Part shown: positions 1 to 16,685 of the stretch, one piece after another
Layout: each line of letters begins with the position of its first letter
Numbering within the stretch: position 1 is the first letter of the stretch
Assembly (NCBI RefSeq): GCF_009914755.1
Contig: NC_060941.1
Strand: one strand, 5' to 3'
From: the human T2T-CHM13v2.0 reference genome, Homo sapiens
DNA: 64,000 nucleotides
The notes under the pieces: model-generated
Databases searched by the model: none
The model's input: the letters and a program-made list of their open reading frames with translations, nothing else
Told to the model about the DNA's origin: nothing
Made by a program: the position numbers and the translations under genes

Positions 1-207
1 ACCCATCCGAGTCAGGACCTGGTCAAGAATTGAGAGAACTTCAGGAGGGGGAATCCGCAGGACCCCATGACTTAGTGGCTGAAGGTGGGGCCAGGGCAGA
101 TGGAGAGACTTTGGGTTGTGAGAAGAGACAAGGAGAGGGACTGGGCACGTGTGGGAGCACCTGGAGAGCTGGTGGGACCTACAGCCCTCTCCCCACTCCC
201 TCCCTAG

Positions 208-812
<605 letters not shown>

Positions 813-825
813 TAGGTCTAAATAA

Positions 826-1233
<408 letters not shown>

Positions 1234-3067
1234 TGAGCACAAACGTGGGTCACACTGGGCTCTGAGGATGTAAAGATGAATACGTTGCACTTTACCTCAA
1301 GAAGTTCCCAGTCTGAGGTGGGTAGGCGGTGGGAGGAAGGAGGCTATTAAACAGGCAAGCGGCCCCGGCAGGAAGCTACCCAGGTCTCCAGTGGGAGCAC
1401 AGAGGAAGCCCAGCCCACCCCATCCACCCAGGTCTAGATTTCAGAGAGGACAGGATGCCTGACCATGTCTTGAGAGGTGCACTGGCGGGGAGGGGTGGCA
1501 ACAGGAAGGGCAGCCCAGGCAGAGGCAGCGGCCTATGGAGAGTCCATGCAGTGGGGTGTAGGCGGGAAGGGTGTGCGTATGTGTGTTATCCTATTGGCCA
1601 ACAGCTTACAAAATTTGGGTCTAGAGGTGGTTTAGAGTGAATTCTAGGCCTCTAGCCACCCTCCTTATTTACTAATTTATTTTTACTTACTAATTTACTA
1701 CTTAGCTAATCTTTATTGTCAATTACAAGGTACTCTGTTTGGTTTTTAAGATATTATCCCATCAGTCTCTATATTGATTCTATGCAATGAGTGTTCAGTT
1801 TTTAAAATCAACCTTAAAGAACTCTTGAAAGAATAAAAAGAGGAGTAAGTGTCCAGTTTGAGGGCCGGGCACCGTGGCTCATGCCTGTAATTCTAGGACT
1901 TTGGGAGGCCAAGGCAGGCGGATCGCTCAAGTCCAGGAGTTTGAGACCAACCTGGGCAACATGGTGAAAGCCCATCTCCACTAAAAGCACAAAAAAATAC
2001 AAAAAATTAGCTAGGTGTGGTGGCGCATACCTGTAGTCCCAGCTACTTGGGAGGCTGAGGTGGGAGGATCACCTGAGCCCAGGAAGTTAAGGCCGCAGTG
2101 AACTGTGATCAGGTCACTACACTCCATCCAGCCTAGGCAGCAGGAGTGAGACCCTATCTCAAAAAAGAAAAAAAGTATCAGTTTGAGGAGTTTTGAAAGA
2201 CATCTGTGTGACCCCCCACCCCCACCATCATCATTAAAGATATAGAATATTTCCATCATGGGTGTTCCTTTTAAAGATAATGAAACTAACATTTAAAGAA
2301 TTCAAATACATTTCCCACAGTCATAAAAGTCATTAGATGGCAAAACTGGGACTTGAGCCCTTGTCTTTCTGCTTCATAAACAAACAAATGTTGTCTATGA
2401 GGGTTATGTCTAAATATTATAAGAAGATGAATTCTTTTCATTTTATCCTTTCATTCAGCAATTACAGACTAAGCACCCACAAGACACAAGGGACTGAGCT
2501 TTGGCTGCATTCTTATGCTTCAACCAAAGCAGGTTGGCTTTTATTATTTTTACATTGCAGCTCCCATTAAAACTTCAAGATTTCATTTTTATTATAATTA
2601 ATTAATTTGAGACAAGGTCTCATTCTGTCACCTAGGCTGGAGTGCAGTGGCGCAATCACAACCCACTGAAGCCTCAACCTCCCGGGCTCAAGTGATTCTC
2701 CCACCTCACCTCCCAAGTAGCTGGGACCACAGGTGCGCAACACCACACCCAGCTAATTTTTTTATTTTTTGTGGAGACAGGGTTTCACTATGTTGCCCAG
2801 GCTGTTCTCAAACTCCTGGCCTCAAGCAATCTTCCCAACTTAGCCTCCCAAAGTGTTGAGATTACGGGCGTGGGCCACCGCACCCAGCGCAAGATTTCAT
2901 TTTTAAACAACAGGAAAATCCTAGGGCAAAAATAGCTTACAAAAAATAGTTTGTATAGTGAGTAGGGAGCCATGCATAGTTTTTAAGTGGGAGGAATGAC
3001 ATGCTCAGATTTGGATTTTAGAAAGATGTTCTGGTAGCTGTGGCAAATGGACTACACTGGGCAATTC

Positions 3068-3102
<35 letters not shown>

Positions 3103-3922
3103 AGTCAGAGTCTCACTCTGTCGCCCAGGCTAGAGTGCGGTGGTGCATTCTTGGCTCACTGCAACCTCTGCCTCCTGGGTTCAAGTGATTCTCGTGCCTC
3201 AGCCTCCCAAGTAGCTAGATTACAGACATGTGCCACCATGCCTGGATAATTTTTTGTAAAGACAGGGTTTCACCATATTGGCCAGGCTGGTCTCGAACTC
3301 CTGGCCTCAAGTGATCCACCCACCTTGGCCCCCCACAGTGCTGGGATTACAGGTGTGGGCCACTGCCCCTGGCCTAGACTGGGCAATTCTAGCTGGGTTT
3401 GGGGAGGCCATTGAGGAGGCTGGCATTGGAAACCTGAGCCAGGGAAGGGCCCGGAGGCTGGAGTCCAGTATGTTTAGTAGGTAGAATCCTCAGAATGCGG
3501 TGCCTGGCGCTTAGTACTGAGCGTGGCTCCAGAGGAGCAGAGTGCTGTCTGTTTTACTCACTGCTGAATCTCAAGCACTGAAGACAGTCCTGGCACACAG
3601 CAAGTGCTTAGGATGTATTTGTTGAATAAATTAAATGGGAGGCAGGAGTTGAGGCTGATACCCAGGTGTCTGGCTTTGGTGGGAAATAGGGAAGAAGGAA
3701 TGAGGGGGAGATTTGGGGTGTGTTGAATTTGGAGTGATTGTGGGCAGCTGGCTGTTCAGGTCTGGAGTTCCAGAGAGAGGTCAGGGCTGGAAGTGCATGC
3801 ATATCAATGTCCCTAGAACACAGTGCCTGCCTCCTAAGAGGAACCCAACAATAACATGACCTTCCTCCTGGAGGCCCCATTTCTCCTTTTTGGGGCAGGC
3901 CACCCTCCCCAGGCTGGGCTGA

Positions 3923-4129
<207 letters not shown>

Positions 4130-4201
4130 TGAGGAGGGGCGGGCGGGCAGCGACGGGGCGTGGGGACAAGGCTGTGGCACTGACACAGGACTTACTTGCA
4201 G

Positions 4202-4391
4202 TCTCCTGAAGGTGCACCTGCAGCTGCATGGCTTCAGTGTCTTCATTGATGTGGAGAAGCTGGAAGCAGGCAAGTTCGAGGACAAACTCATCCAGAGTGT
4301 CATGGGTGCCCGCAACTTTGTGTTGGTGCTATCACCTGGAGCACTGGACAAGTGCATGCAAGACCATGACTGCAAGGATTGGGTGCATAAG
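4202..4391 (+). CDS. SARM1: SARM1 exon 7 (TIR, BB loop)
   Basis: ttgcag|T acceptor, AAG|gtaggt donor; 190 nt, [28 protein letters not shown]...CKDWVHK. Confidence 0.97.
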
Positions 4392-4499
4392 GTAGGTGCC
4401 TGCCTATGCTTCTGCGGTCCCAGCATTGGCCTGTGGTCCAGAAGATAGGGTCGTCTTCTATTCCTTCTTGTCTGCACATCCCGGCACACTTAGCCCTGA

Positions 4500-4871
<372 letters not shown>

Positions 4872-5400
4872 TAACTTACCTGTTCCACTCACCTTATAGA
4901 ACTGTTGTGAGGATCAGAGAGACATAAAAATGCTTTGAAAAATAAATTCCATGAGAGACAGGAGAGCATAGCGACAGGCAGAATGGAATAGTTGTTGAGA
5001 GCTCAAAACTGAGAGTTTGAATCCTGGCTCTGGCCTTGGGCAAGTTACTTAACCCCGATAAGCTTCATATTTATTTCTGGAAAGAGGGTATAATAATAGT
5101 ATCTAACTCCCTAGAACATTGTTATAAGGACTAAAAAAGCCAAAATTTGTGAAGTGCTTAGCAGAATGGCTGGCACATAGTAACTGCTCAATAATGGTAG
5201 CAATTATTATTATTAATATAATTATTATAACTACTATATCTGTTTAATTCATCATTGTATTTTCAGTGCCTGACGCATTGTAGGAACTTATTGAATACTA
5301 ACAGAATGCATTGATGGATAGCTCCATATTGCATCTTCAGGTTATTAATCATTAATCGGTCAGTAGGAATTGGAGTTGGGGCTGAGGGATGCAGTAGTCA

Positions 5401-5676
<276 letters not shown>

Positions 5677-5822
5677 TCACACCACTGCACTCCAGCTTGG
5701 GCAACAGAGTGGGACCCTGTCTCAAAATGACTAGATCGCATACAAGTTGGTGTAAATGCTGAGCCAGGTAAGCAAACATCTTGCTTGCCACAGGGGTTTG
5801 GAGAAGGGAGAGAGCATCAAGG

Positions 5823-6561
5823 TGTCAACGAAAAGAGTCAGACTCTATGAGCGACCATGGCCTGTGACACAGCCCTCAGGAGACCCTGAGAACACGTGCC
5901 CAAGGTGATCAGGGCACAGTTTGGTTTTATACATTTTTGGGAGACACGAGACATCAATCAATACATTTAAGATGTACATTGGTTTGGTTCAGAAAGGCAG
6001 GACAGCTCAAAGCAGGGGCTTCCAGGCTATAGGTAAATTTTAAATTTTTCCAGTTGATAATTAATTGAGTTTATCTGAAGACCTGGGATCAATAGAAAGG
6101 GAATGTTTAGGTTAAGATAAAGGGTTGTGGAGACCAAGTTTTATTGTGCAGAGGAAGTTCTCAGGGCAGACTTCAGAGGGAGTAGGTTATAAAATGTTTC
6201 TTATCAGACTTATAAGGGTGCCTGGCTCTTTGTTGATTATCTCCTGAGTCCGGAAAGAAAAAGAAAAAAATGGGGGGAAGGGGATTCTCTATAGAATGTG
6301 GCCTTTTCCCACAAGAGACAAACTTGTGGAGCAATTTCAAGATATGGCAGGGAAATATATTTGGGGTTAAAATATTTTTATTTCCTCCCTTATTATGTGA
6401 TGTTATGCTAGAGTCAGGTTAGAAAGCAGACCACGCTATATAGGGTTAAAATTAAAACCTCCTCCGATAAGACTTTATGGTTTGTAGGGCATGACTCCCT
6501 AGGCTCCTTAGGTAGGAATTTGGGCAAGATAAAAAAAAAAAAAATCAGAGTTTAGTCCTCA
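5823..6561 (-). mobile_element. ERV1 solo LTR, MER4 group, in SARM1 intron 7
   Basis: TG...CA termini with an exact 4-bp TSD AAGG (5819-5822 and 6562-6565); body resembles MER4-group LTRs. Confidence 0.8.
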
Positions 6562-6984
6562 AAGGACTGGAATAATCAGGGAAGACTTCATGGAGGAAGC
6601 AGGTCTTGAGAAGAATCTTAAGAATCTGGGTAAGTGGAATAGAAGGCATCCCAGGCCAGGGTAACAGCATGAGCAAAGGAATAAAGGTAGGGAGGAGAAC
6701 AGTGCTGAAAGCCCACATACATCTTGGTACTGCTTTCTCCATATCACAGATGAAGAAACTGAGGCTCAGAAAAGTAGAATAATGTTCCCCTGGCTGCACT
6801 ACTAGTGTAGAAATCAGAAAAGCTAGGCTTCAAATTCCATCTATCTGACTCCAAAGCTCATCACTTTCCCAAGATCCACACTGCATTCTATGGCACAGCT
6901 CTGAGGGGGTGTGAGGGGAGGTGATGGGGTAGGGCTGGATTCGGTTGACACCAGAGATGATTGTATCTCTTCACAACTCCACAT

Positions 6985-7152
6985 CCAGTGATGTCATGTT
7001 GGTAGCTTGTCATCAGCCATGGTGGGAGTATTTACACCAAGGAAATTGGCAACCACTACAAATCAAAGTTTTGTTAGTTTGGTTGATTGGCTGGTTGGGT
7101 TTTCTTCCCCCATGAATAGCTAGTTACTATAAAGTTAGCAGCACACCACTGG
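6985..7152. mobile_element. hAT DNA transposon fragment (MER63-like)
   Basis: ccagtg...cactgg ends and an internal gggagtatttacacc motif; a related piece lies at ~57960-58136. Confidence 0.55.
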
Positions 7153-9108
7153 CTGGATAAGAACCATGGAAACCAGGTAAAGCAGTGTCTAAAGGCAGGA
7201 GAAGACCTGTGCTTAAAGCACTGGAAATCAAGGAGCCCATGAAGGAGAAGATGCCAGGGCGGTGGGTCTTAGGATGAAGGCTCTGACACTGGAATGCAGT
7301 CCACATGGAGTGTGGAGTCAAGCCCCAGAGGCCATGTAGGAGGGGCTGAGTACTAGGCCTGGTTTGGGGAGGGGCACTGGGGCAGTTGAGCATCCAGGAA
7401 GAACATGGCTGATAACCCAGAGCACGTGGCAGGCAGCCTTTTGAGAGAAAGAAAAGAGTGTCTGTGAGCTCCATGAGACTTCAGACCTTGCCTCATTCAT
7501 CTGTGTCCCTGGTGCCTAAAACCATGCATGGTACAAAGGAGGCTCTATGCAATTGCACCAAAAAAAAAAAAAAAAAAAAAGAGAGAGAGAGAGAGGCTGA
7601 GGCTGTAGAGGAGTTTATAGAACAATTGAATCAATGATTAAGCAGACAAGTGATACTGATGAAGCTGAGATGCCATGCCTGGGAGAGCCATACATATCTA
7701 GTAGATTTACCAGGTTAGAGGACTTGACTCCGTTTTTTTTTTTTTTTTTCCAGTAGAGATAGGGTTTCGCTATGTCACCCAGGCTGGTCCCGAACTCCTG
7801 AGCTCAAGCCTGGAGTTCAGTGCCTGCCTCGGCTCCCCAAAGTTCTGGGATTAGAGGCATGAGCCACCGTGCCCAGCCAGAGGACTTGACTCTAATTGTT
7901 TTCGTTCTCAACCAGCTAGGTGATCCTGAACAAACCATTATCCCTTTCTTTTATTTATTTAATTATTTTTTTTTTTTTGAGGCACAGTCTTGCTCTATCA
8001 CCAGGTTGGAGTGCAGTGGTGAGATCTTGGTCGGCTCACTGCAACCTCCGCCTCCCGGGTTCAAGTGATTCCCCTGCCTCAGCCTCCTGAGTAGCTGGGA
8101 CTACAGGCACACGCCACCATATCCAGCTAATTTATATATATATATTTTTAGTAGAGACGGGGTTTCACCATCTTGGCCAAGATGGTCTCGATCTCCTGAC
8201 CTCGTGATCCGCCCGCCTTGGCCTCCCAAAGTGCTGGGATTACAGACATGAGCCACCACACACGGCCGCCATTATCCCTTTCTTGGCCAGCCTCTGAATC
8301 TGTGCGATGAATAATTTGTACTGTCTTTGGTTTTGTATAATTCTGGATGAAACAAATTTCTAAAAATTTCCAAATAAATTGCTGCAGGCTCAGGATTCAT
8401 TCCAATGCTCAGCAGAAAGGCAGCAGGGCTTGGCTGAAACAGCCTGGACTTGGACTCCCGAGGCTTGAGTCAGAGGACCGGCCCCTCGTGGGCTGGGCGT
8501 GTGTGTGGCTTAGGAGGAAATCCCTTCCTCTCTGGGCTTTTTTCTCTCCATCTGTAAAATGGAGCGGCTCCCCAGGAAGCCAGTCAAGGACGAAGTTACG
8601 CATGTTCTTTCCCCAGGAAGACTCCACTTCCCAAGAATGCTTGGCACCCCTTGTCGTCCCAGCAGATGGCAAAGAGGTGAGAGGAGCCTTTGTCTTGGAC
8701 CGGCCCCAGAGGCTCCGTCATCCCTCTTTGGTTGTTTCTGGTGCTTAATTGCCTCTGGTTTTAAAACTCCTTTCCCTGAAGCCACATTAGTGGGTAATCA
8801 ATAGGGAAAAACCACAAGTGAACTGCACTCAAAAAAGTAAAATCCCTTTGGTTCCCTCTTGAGAGGAAGAAAAACATTCAATAAGCACTTAATGGAACCC
8901 GATTACTAGCAAATAATTCCTCAGAACAACGCTTTGAGGTAGGTTTTATTATCCCCACTTTACAGAAGAGGAAATAATAACACCTATTACGTATTAAGCA
9001 TACACTGCATGCAAAGCACTGTTCTAATTACTTGCCATGGAATGTTGCGCTTATTCCATGGAACAATCCTGAAGACAGGGACTATCATTAATCCTGCTTT
9101 ATATATTA

Positions 9109-9476
<368 letters not shown>

Positions 9477-10245
9477 TCAGGTCGTAGAGCCTGTGTCAGA
9501 GACTCAGTGCAAACCCCGATTTGATGATTCCAGAGTGCAGCCCTAACTGCTGTGCTATGTTTTCTCATTCATTCATTCATCCATCTATTAAATATTTAGC
9601 AAGGGCTAACTATAAGGGCTTTGTGAAAGATGCTGAGATATAAGGTCAGTGAAAAATAGATATGATCCCTCCTCATGTCTGGCAGAGAAGACAAATACTG
9701 AGTAATTTACCCATTAATTAATTAAAATTTGCAACTATAATATGTTCTGCAGAGCCTATAATAGGGGAACTGACTTGGTCAGGGCAGTGGGAGACAACTG
9801 CCCTGTGTAAGAGTTGATTGAGCTCAGATCAGAAAAATGAATGGGCATTATCAAGGGGGAAGGACAAGGAAGCTTATTTTGTGTGTCTGGGAGGACAGGG
9901 CAGGGGTAGAGTTTGAGAAGTGGACTGTGGCCAACCACATAGGGTCTCACAGGCCACATGAAGGAGTTTGGACTTTATTCTAAGACCATGCAAAGTCTTG
10001 AAGAATTTTAAGTAGGGGGTGACAGGACCTAATTTGTCAGATGTGCATTTTGCAAATATTAGCTACATGAAAGGGCAATGTGGAGAGTGAATTAGAGAAG
10101 ACAAGCGTGGATGAGGAAAGACCTGGTGGGGGCTTAAAGATAATGGGGATTGGAAGAGGGTGGTAGTGGGGTGGAGGTAGGGAAAAATAGTGGATTTGAG
10201 AAATAAGTAAGGAGTACAATTGGCAGGGCGCATGATGGATCAACC

Positions 10246-11607
10246 TGTACGCAGGAGTGTGATGTTTTTCTTCTGACACCAAATTGTTTGGGGTTTTTCC
10301 CACACTAACCACTAATTCTCCAGCTTGCCAACACCAACTGGGTATCCCGCAATTCAATTCAATTCTGAAATGTCAGTCACGAGGCCCAGGCCCCCAGGCT
10401 GCCACATTTCTGTTTGATTTGGCTACAAATTCGGGGGTGCCCATGACACCCCGAGATTCAATTTGCCAGAATGACTCACAGAACTCAGGAAAGCACTTTA
10501 CTTACTATTAGTTGTTTATTATGTCAACCTTAAATAATGAGATTCAGAAAATAAGACTAAGTATAGAGTTTCTTTGAGTGCAAAGTTTGAGAATAGCCAC
10601 CCAGTAAGCATTGACTCCAAAGGCATGGGGTGAGCATTCCAAACTGGAGAAGTTAAGGTTTCACTTCCACAGGCAAAGAGAGAGGAATTTTAGCAGGATT
10701 ACAACATTTTCCATACAAGACCAGTGCGTATGTTACAGTGCTTTGATTGGTTATAGATTGCTACATTCCAAGGAAGATGACTTTATTACCCCCTGAGAAA
10801 GGGTGGTGATCTAAGTGGGGATCTAAGGGAGTCTTATCTCTGGTGCCATTTGGTCTTCCTAAGTAATTACAGAAAAAAAAAAAATAGGTGGAAGTTGCAG
10901 CTGCATGCCCCATGACTCAGGCTGCAGAGACCAATTCCTGTCAAGGCTCAGAATAACTTAAAGTTCCAAGAGCTTTAGGTTTGATTTAACAAAGCTTGAA
11001 TAATAGTAATAAATAATATTATTAATCTCAAAATCCTGGGCTCAAGTGATCCTCCTGCCTCAGCCTCCCAAAGTGTTGGGATTACAGGCGTGACCCACCA
11101 TGCCCAGCTGAATTATTTAATTTCACAGTTATAAAGGACACAGCTCAAGAATAGCCAAATGGAAGAGATACATAGGATCTCTACGTATGGAGGGTGGAGG
11201 TGTGGATGCCATGCCTTCTACCACCTTCCCAGCACCTACACCTGTTTATCAACCTGGAGGCTCTTCAAAACCCCTTGTTTGGGGGTTTTTATGGAGGTTC
11301 CATTATGTAGGCATGATTGATTAAATCATTGGCCATTGGTGATTGAACTCAATCTCCAGCACCTCTCTGGAGGCTGGGAGGTGGGGCTGAAAGTTCCAAT
11401 CCTCTAGTCATGCCCTGGTCTCCCTGGTGACCAGCCCTCTTCCTGAAACTATCTAGGCTACCCCCATAGCACCCCCCGGGCCCCCAGTGGGGAATCATCT
11501 CTTTAGCATACAAAGACACTCATCACTCAAGAGATTCCAAGGGTTTTAGCAGCTCTGTGCCAGGAACTCTGGGCAAAGGAAAAATATTTATTTTTTATTA
11601 CACTACA
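10246..11607 (-). mobile_element. MER21-like LTR, interrupted by a second LTR (~10523-11127) that contains an Alu fragment
   Basis: MER21-like text is split at gtttatta...ttataaaggacacagctc. The inner element has TG...CA ends; Alu fragment at ~11030-11108. Confidence 0.65.
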
Positions 11608-11714
11608 AGGGTTAAGGTAGACATCAAGGTGGACATCAGGACTGGTGTCCTGCCCTGGGCCCAGCCTCGGGCCAGTGGGCCTCCCAGCACCTGCCTGGCT
11701 ACAAGGGTCCCTAG

Positions 11715-11879
<165 letters not shown>

Positions 11880-11958
11880 TGAGCCCCAGGGCCCTGGGAC
11901 CAGGGGGGTAGGGTACAAATCACCATGACAGGCAGAGTGTGGGCAAACAGCTGACTAG

Positions 11959-12138
<180 letters not shown>

Positions 12139-13094
12139 CCAGTCCCCAGTTCCCCAGCCCTGCTGTGACTTCCATTTCCATCGTCCTTTCTGAAGGAACA
12201 GCTCCTGAAACCAGTCTCCCTGGGCTGAGACAACCTGGGCTCTTCTTAGGAAATGGCTCTCCCTCCCCCTGTCCCCCACCCTCATGGCCCACCTCCAACC
12301 CACTTTCCTCAGTATCTGGAGAGGGAAGGGAAGTCAGGCTTGGGCACGGGAGGTTAGAACTCCCCCAGGCCCTGCCATTGGGTTGTCTGTCTCCGTCATG
12401 GGGAGGGTCCCTGCTCAGTTCTGGAGACACTGGAGTTGGGGTGGGGGTGGTTCTGCATTCCCTTCTCCTGCTGATAGCAGTCAGCTTGAGGAGGATGAAG
12501 GAAGGCAGCCTCAGACAGGAATTAAGGCAATGCCCAGGCGGGCCTGGGCACTGTATTCTGAGCAAGGGCCTGGGCCCAGGAGCCAGCCAGGGATGAGTGC
12601 CATCATGGCTCTCCACTCAGACTGTGCCTGGCCCCTGCACTTACAACTTCCTGCTGCTCTGTGGCCTTGCCCTGTAATCACTCAGTGCCCTTAGCTAGCC
12701 TGACTAAGTCCCAGATCCCCTACAGCTTCCTTCGGTGTGGTATCTTTTGCCACATCCAGGGCGAGGGTTGAGGCAAACCAGCCCTCCCTCTGACTTCCTT
12801 GTCACTGCAGCCAGCTTTGCTGCACTTGCTGGTGCACAGGAGCCTCCTGTTTGGGCCTGGGTCTGGGCATGGGGAGGCCGTGCCTCAAAGCCCACCCTAC
12901 CCCATGCCTTGGTGCTGTGCCTCAGGCTCCTTCCTGGTCTGGCCCAGCTGGCTTCCCCAGCCCCTCAGCCATCCAGGGCTACCCACTGCTTACTCAGGGA
13001 CCAGGCAGCCCCCATGGCAGTAAAAGCAGCCTAGACAGAACCTGCAGCTCTGTGGAAAGAGGCAAAGTCCTGAAAAGGCAAAGGGTTGTCACTT

Positions 13095-13240
13095 AGGGCA
13101 GCTTCTCCAACTTTAACATGCATCCAAGTCACCTGGGAATGTTGTTAAAATCAGGAGATCTGGGGTGGGGCCTAGGACTCTGCATTTCTTACAGATTCCC
13201 AGGTGAGCTGATGCTGGTGGTTAAGGGTAGCAAATCTCTA
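13095..13240. mobile_element. MER5A-like DNA transposon in the SARM1 3' UTR region
   Basis: tcacctgggaatgttgttaaaat...ggggtggggcctagg...ctgcatttct...cccaggtga. Confidence 0.6.
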
Positions 13241-15507
13241 AAGCACGAAGCCCTCACAAATCTTTGCCATTTCCCAAACACTCCGCTCCATGGTCTCCAG
13301 TCATCAGAGCAACTCTACCTGGTATTATCATCCCCATTTTACAGATAATGACACTGAGGCTCAGAAAGGTTGAGGATAAGCCCACTTTCCTGTCATTAGT
13401 GGCAGCCCCAGATCCAGACCTAGGCCTCCTGGCACCCAGTCCACTGGCAGTGGAATTGCTTTCCTGAGAATCATTCTGAGGCTGGGCTATTGCTTCTCCC
13501 TTGCTTCAAAGAATCTAGCAGCGGGGGATAGGATTTTGCAACAAAAAGCTGACCCAGAGGCCATACAGAGCAGGAATATCCCATTGCCCCCTCCTCCACT
13601 GGGTTCAGAGGGTAAGAAAGCACCCTCCAATAAACCCAGGCTCCAGGCCGTGGGGGCTGCTGAAGGCTCTTTCCCCGCAAGGGCCAGGTGTTGACACCTT
13701 AAAGCTGGCTGCGCCCCCAGCCCCACTCTTGGCTGTGCTGGCCAGGTGACTCCTAGTTCTTGGCCACATCATCAGAAAGTCAAAGGTCTCACTCCAGGTT
13801 TGGGGCTCCTTCCTTCCACTCCCCTCCCTGCCAGAGTCTGTCTTGGCCAGTGCCAGCCTCGATGCTTTGGTTTTGACCCCACCTGATCCTCCTTTCCTCA
13901 TGCAGCACAAGTGCTCACCGGGGCCAGAGCCAGGGCATGGATATGACAAGCAGGGCAGCCTGGACACTGCCCTCACAGGACAGCGCCAATAACAATACAG
14001 TGTCTGAGTATCTCCAGGGGATGATTTCTGGCTCTTTGTCTCCAATCAGTCCCACTCCCTCCTGAGGTCCCCAAGGGCAGTATTCAGAGAGGTTTCCTGC
14101 GTTTTATTTCTATTTGGTATACCCTCCACTGTTGTCCACTGCCCTGTGTGGCCTTCTGGTTGACCTCTGCCCGATCTTCTGTCTCTCTGAGGGAATCAGA
14201 GTCCAGCATCCAGCCCCAGCTGGAACAGCTGAAGTCACAAGCCTCCTCTAAGCCAAGGCCAGTGTGTTCAGAGGTGACTGCCACCCATACTAGGACAAAC
14301 ACAGCTCAGATCACCAGGTCAAGCACCTAGGCCTGGCTTCTCCTGAGACAGAGGACTCAGAAGTGGCCTTTCCTCCAAAGCCTGCTCAGACACAGGTCTG
14401 TAGGGCCAGGGTGTTCTGCTTGGCTGGGCTGCAGCTGCTACCCCTCGGTTGGGGCTGAGTCAGCCAGATCCTCCCCCTACTTCTCCCCAAGGGCCAAGAA
14501 CTGCTCAGGGACATTAAAGGTCAAAAGTCCAGCCACACTCATTCATCCTTTCCCCAGGCCCATGAAGAGAGGCATCTCATTGTAGAATGTATGAGGAAGT
14601 GGGAAGTATCTCAGAGAATCAGCTAAGTTTCCTAACTTGTCCATCCAAATGTGATCACCACGATTCAACAATTTGGGGCATTGCTGATCTAGCCGTTCCT
14701 AGTGGGGCTTGCTCAAGGTTGCACAGCGAGTCAGTAGAAGCCCTGGCTGGCCCCACTTGGTACCAATCCACCAGGCAGCTCAGGGCTCCTGCCCAGCCCA
14801 GCAGCTTCTGTTGTCTAACGTATGGCAGGCAGACTGGGAGCAGGAAAACAGAGGGCCCCAAAGCCCAAGGCACCAGAAGGTTTGTTTCAGTTTGCTGAAG
14901 CTGATTTGTAATGATTGGCACTCTTCAGCCAGGGGAGTGGGTAGGCCATAGCCAAGGATCGATTCCCCAACCACAGCAAAGGCAACACTCTTCCTCCAGA
15001 GATCACCAAGCCCCTCTTACCTCCCTCCCTCCTTCCCAAGGCTGGCACTAACCAGGTACCACATTCATTGTTAAGGAATGGCTGATGACTGCTACACGTG
15101 TTGGGAACCTGGTTGGGGCTGTGCAGTTTGGGCTGGAAGGAGAGATGCCAGCCCTCGTGCTGCCTCTGGTCCCTGAAGTGTCACCTCTCTCAGGACCTCT
15201 CCTCTGGCCTGTGGGGTTATAAGTGATGGATAGCAGAAAGGGAGAACTGACTCCTGTCCCAAATAGCTCCTCTGCCACCTGTCCTGCAGTGGGCCTGTGT
15301 GGGTTATGATTCTAGATCCTAGACAGAGGCTGGGTCAGCTGTGGATGGGGTGGTGCCTTGGTCTCTCTTGACTACCTCGTCCAAAGAGAGCACTGCCCTT
15401 AGACAAGAGTTGCTTGTCCTGCTGTGGGCTGGGCTTCCAGCTGCAGACCTCCAGTTGCTTGGTGTTCACTTTGCTCCTCTTGCCCTCTGTCTTCTGGTCC
15501 AGGCAGA

Positions 15508-15565
15508 TCAGGGGCTCTGGGGAAACTGCTGGAACTCGAGGTGAGGATCAGCCTTTTCCAGCATC
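15508..15565 (-). CDS. SLC46A1: SLC46A1 exon 5, coding part (TGA stop)
   Basis: cacag|G acceptor; MLEKADPHLEFQQFPQSP*. Exon sum 228+853+84+157+58 = 1380 nt = 459 aa plus stop. Confidence 0.98.
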
Positions 15566-15698
15566 CTGTGAGAGACCAGAGAGAGAGTTTGGATTTCATG
15601 TGGGGAACCCTCAAGGCCTGTCTGGAGAAGTGACACAGGATTTACTGGGGTGGGCTGGTCCAGGTAGCTCTCCTGAACCTCCTCCTTCCCCAAGCTGA

Positions 15699-15917
<219 letters not shown>

Positions 15918-16460
15918 TAAATTTTTTATACAGACAAGGTCTTGCTATGTTGCCCAGGCTGATCTTGAATTCCCGGGCTCAAGTGGTCCTCCTGCCTCAG
16001 CCTCCCACAGGATCGGGATTACAGGCAAGAGCCTCCACGCCCGGCCATGAAATATAATTCTTAATATCATACAGGAAAAAGTCAGCGGGTCAAGCTAGCC
16101 TGTGGCCCAGCCACAACTAGCTGACAAAGCTTCCTGGCCTTCCCTTTAACACAGTTCTGCTGCCATAGTTCCATCTATAAAATGGGAATGGAGGGAAATA
16201 GGGGAACTGGGAGAGAGAACACAGCCTTGCCAAGCAGCAATGTTAGCCTGATCCTTCCTCCACCTAGCTCGCCATCTCGCCCTTGGAAAATGGCTCCTGG
16301 AGGATTAGGCAGCCATCTGCAAGGAGAGGGGCAACCTGGGACAAGACACCCAGAGGGTAAGGATTCCAGGAATGAAGCTGCCATTTCTGGTTGGGAGGAG
16401 AAGAGGAAACTTTTAAGAGAAAGGGCTCCATTATGAGCATGGGTTCAGGGCCCTGCATTA

Positions 16461-16685
<225 letters not shown>

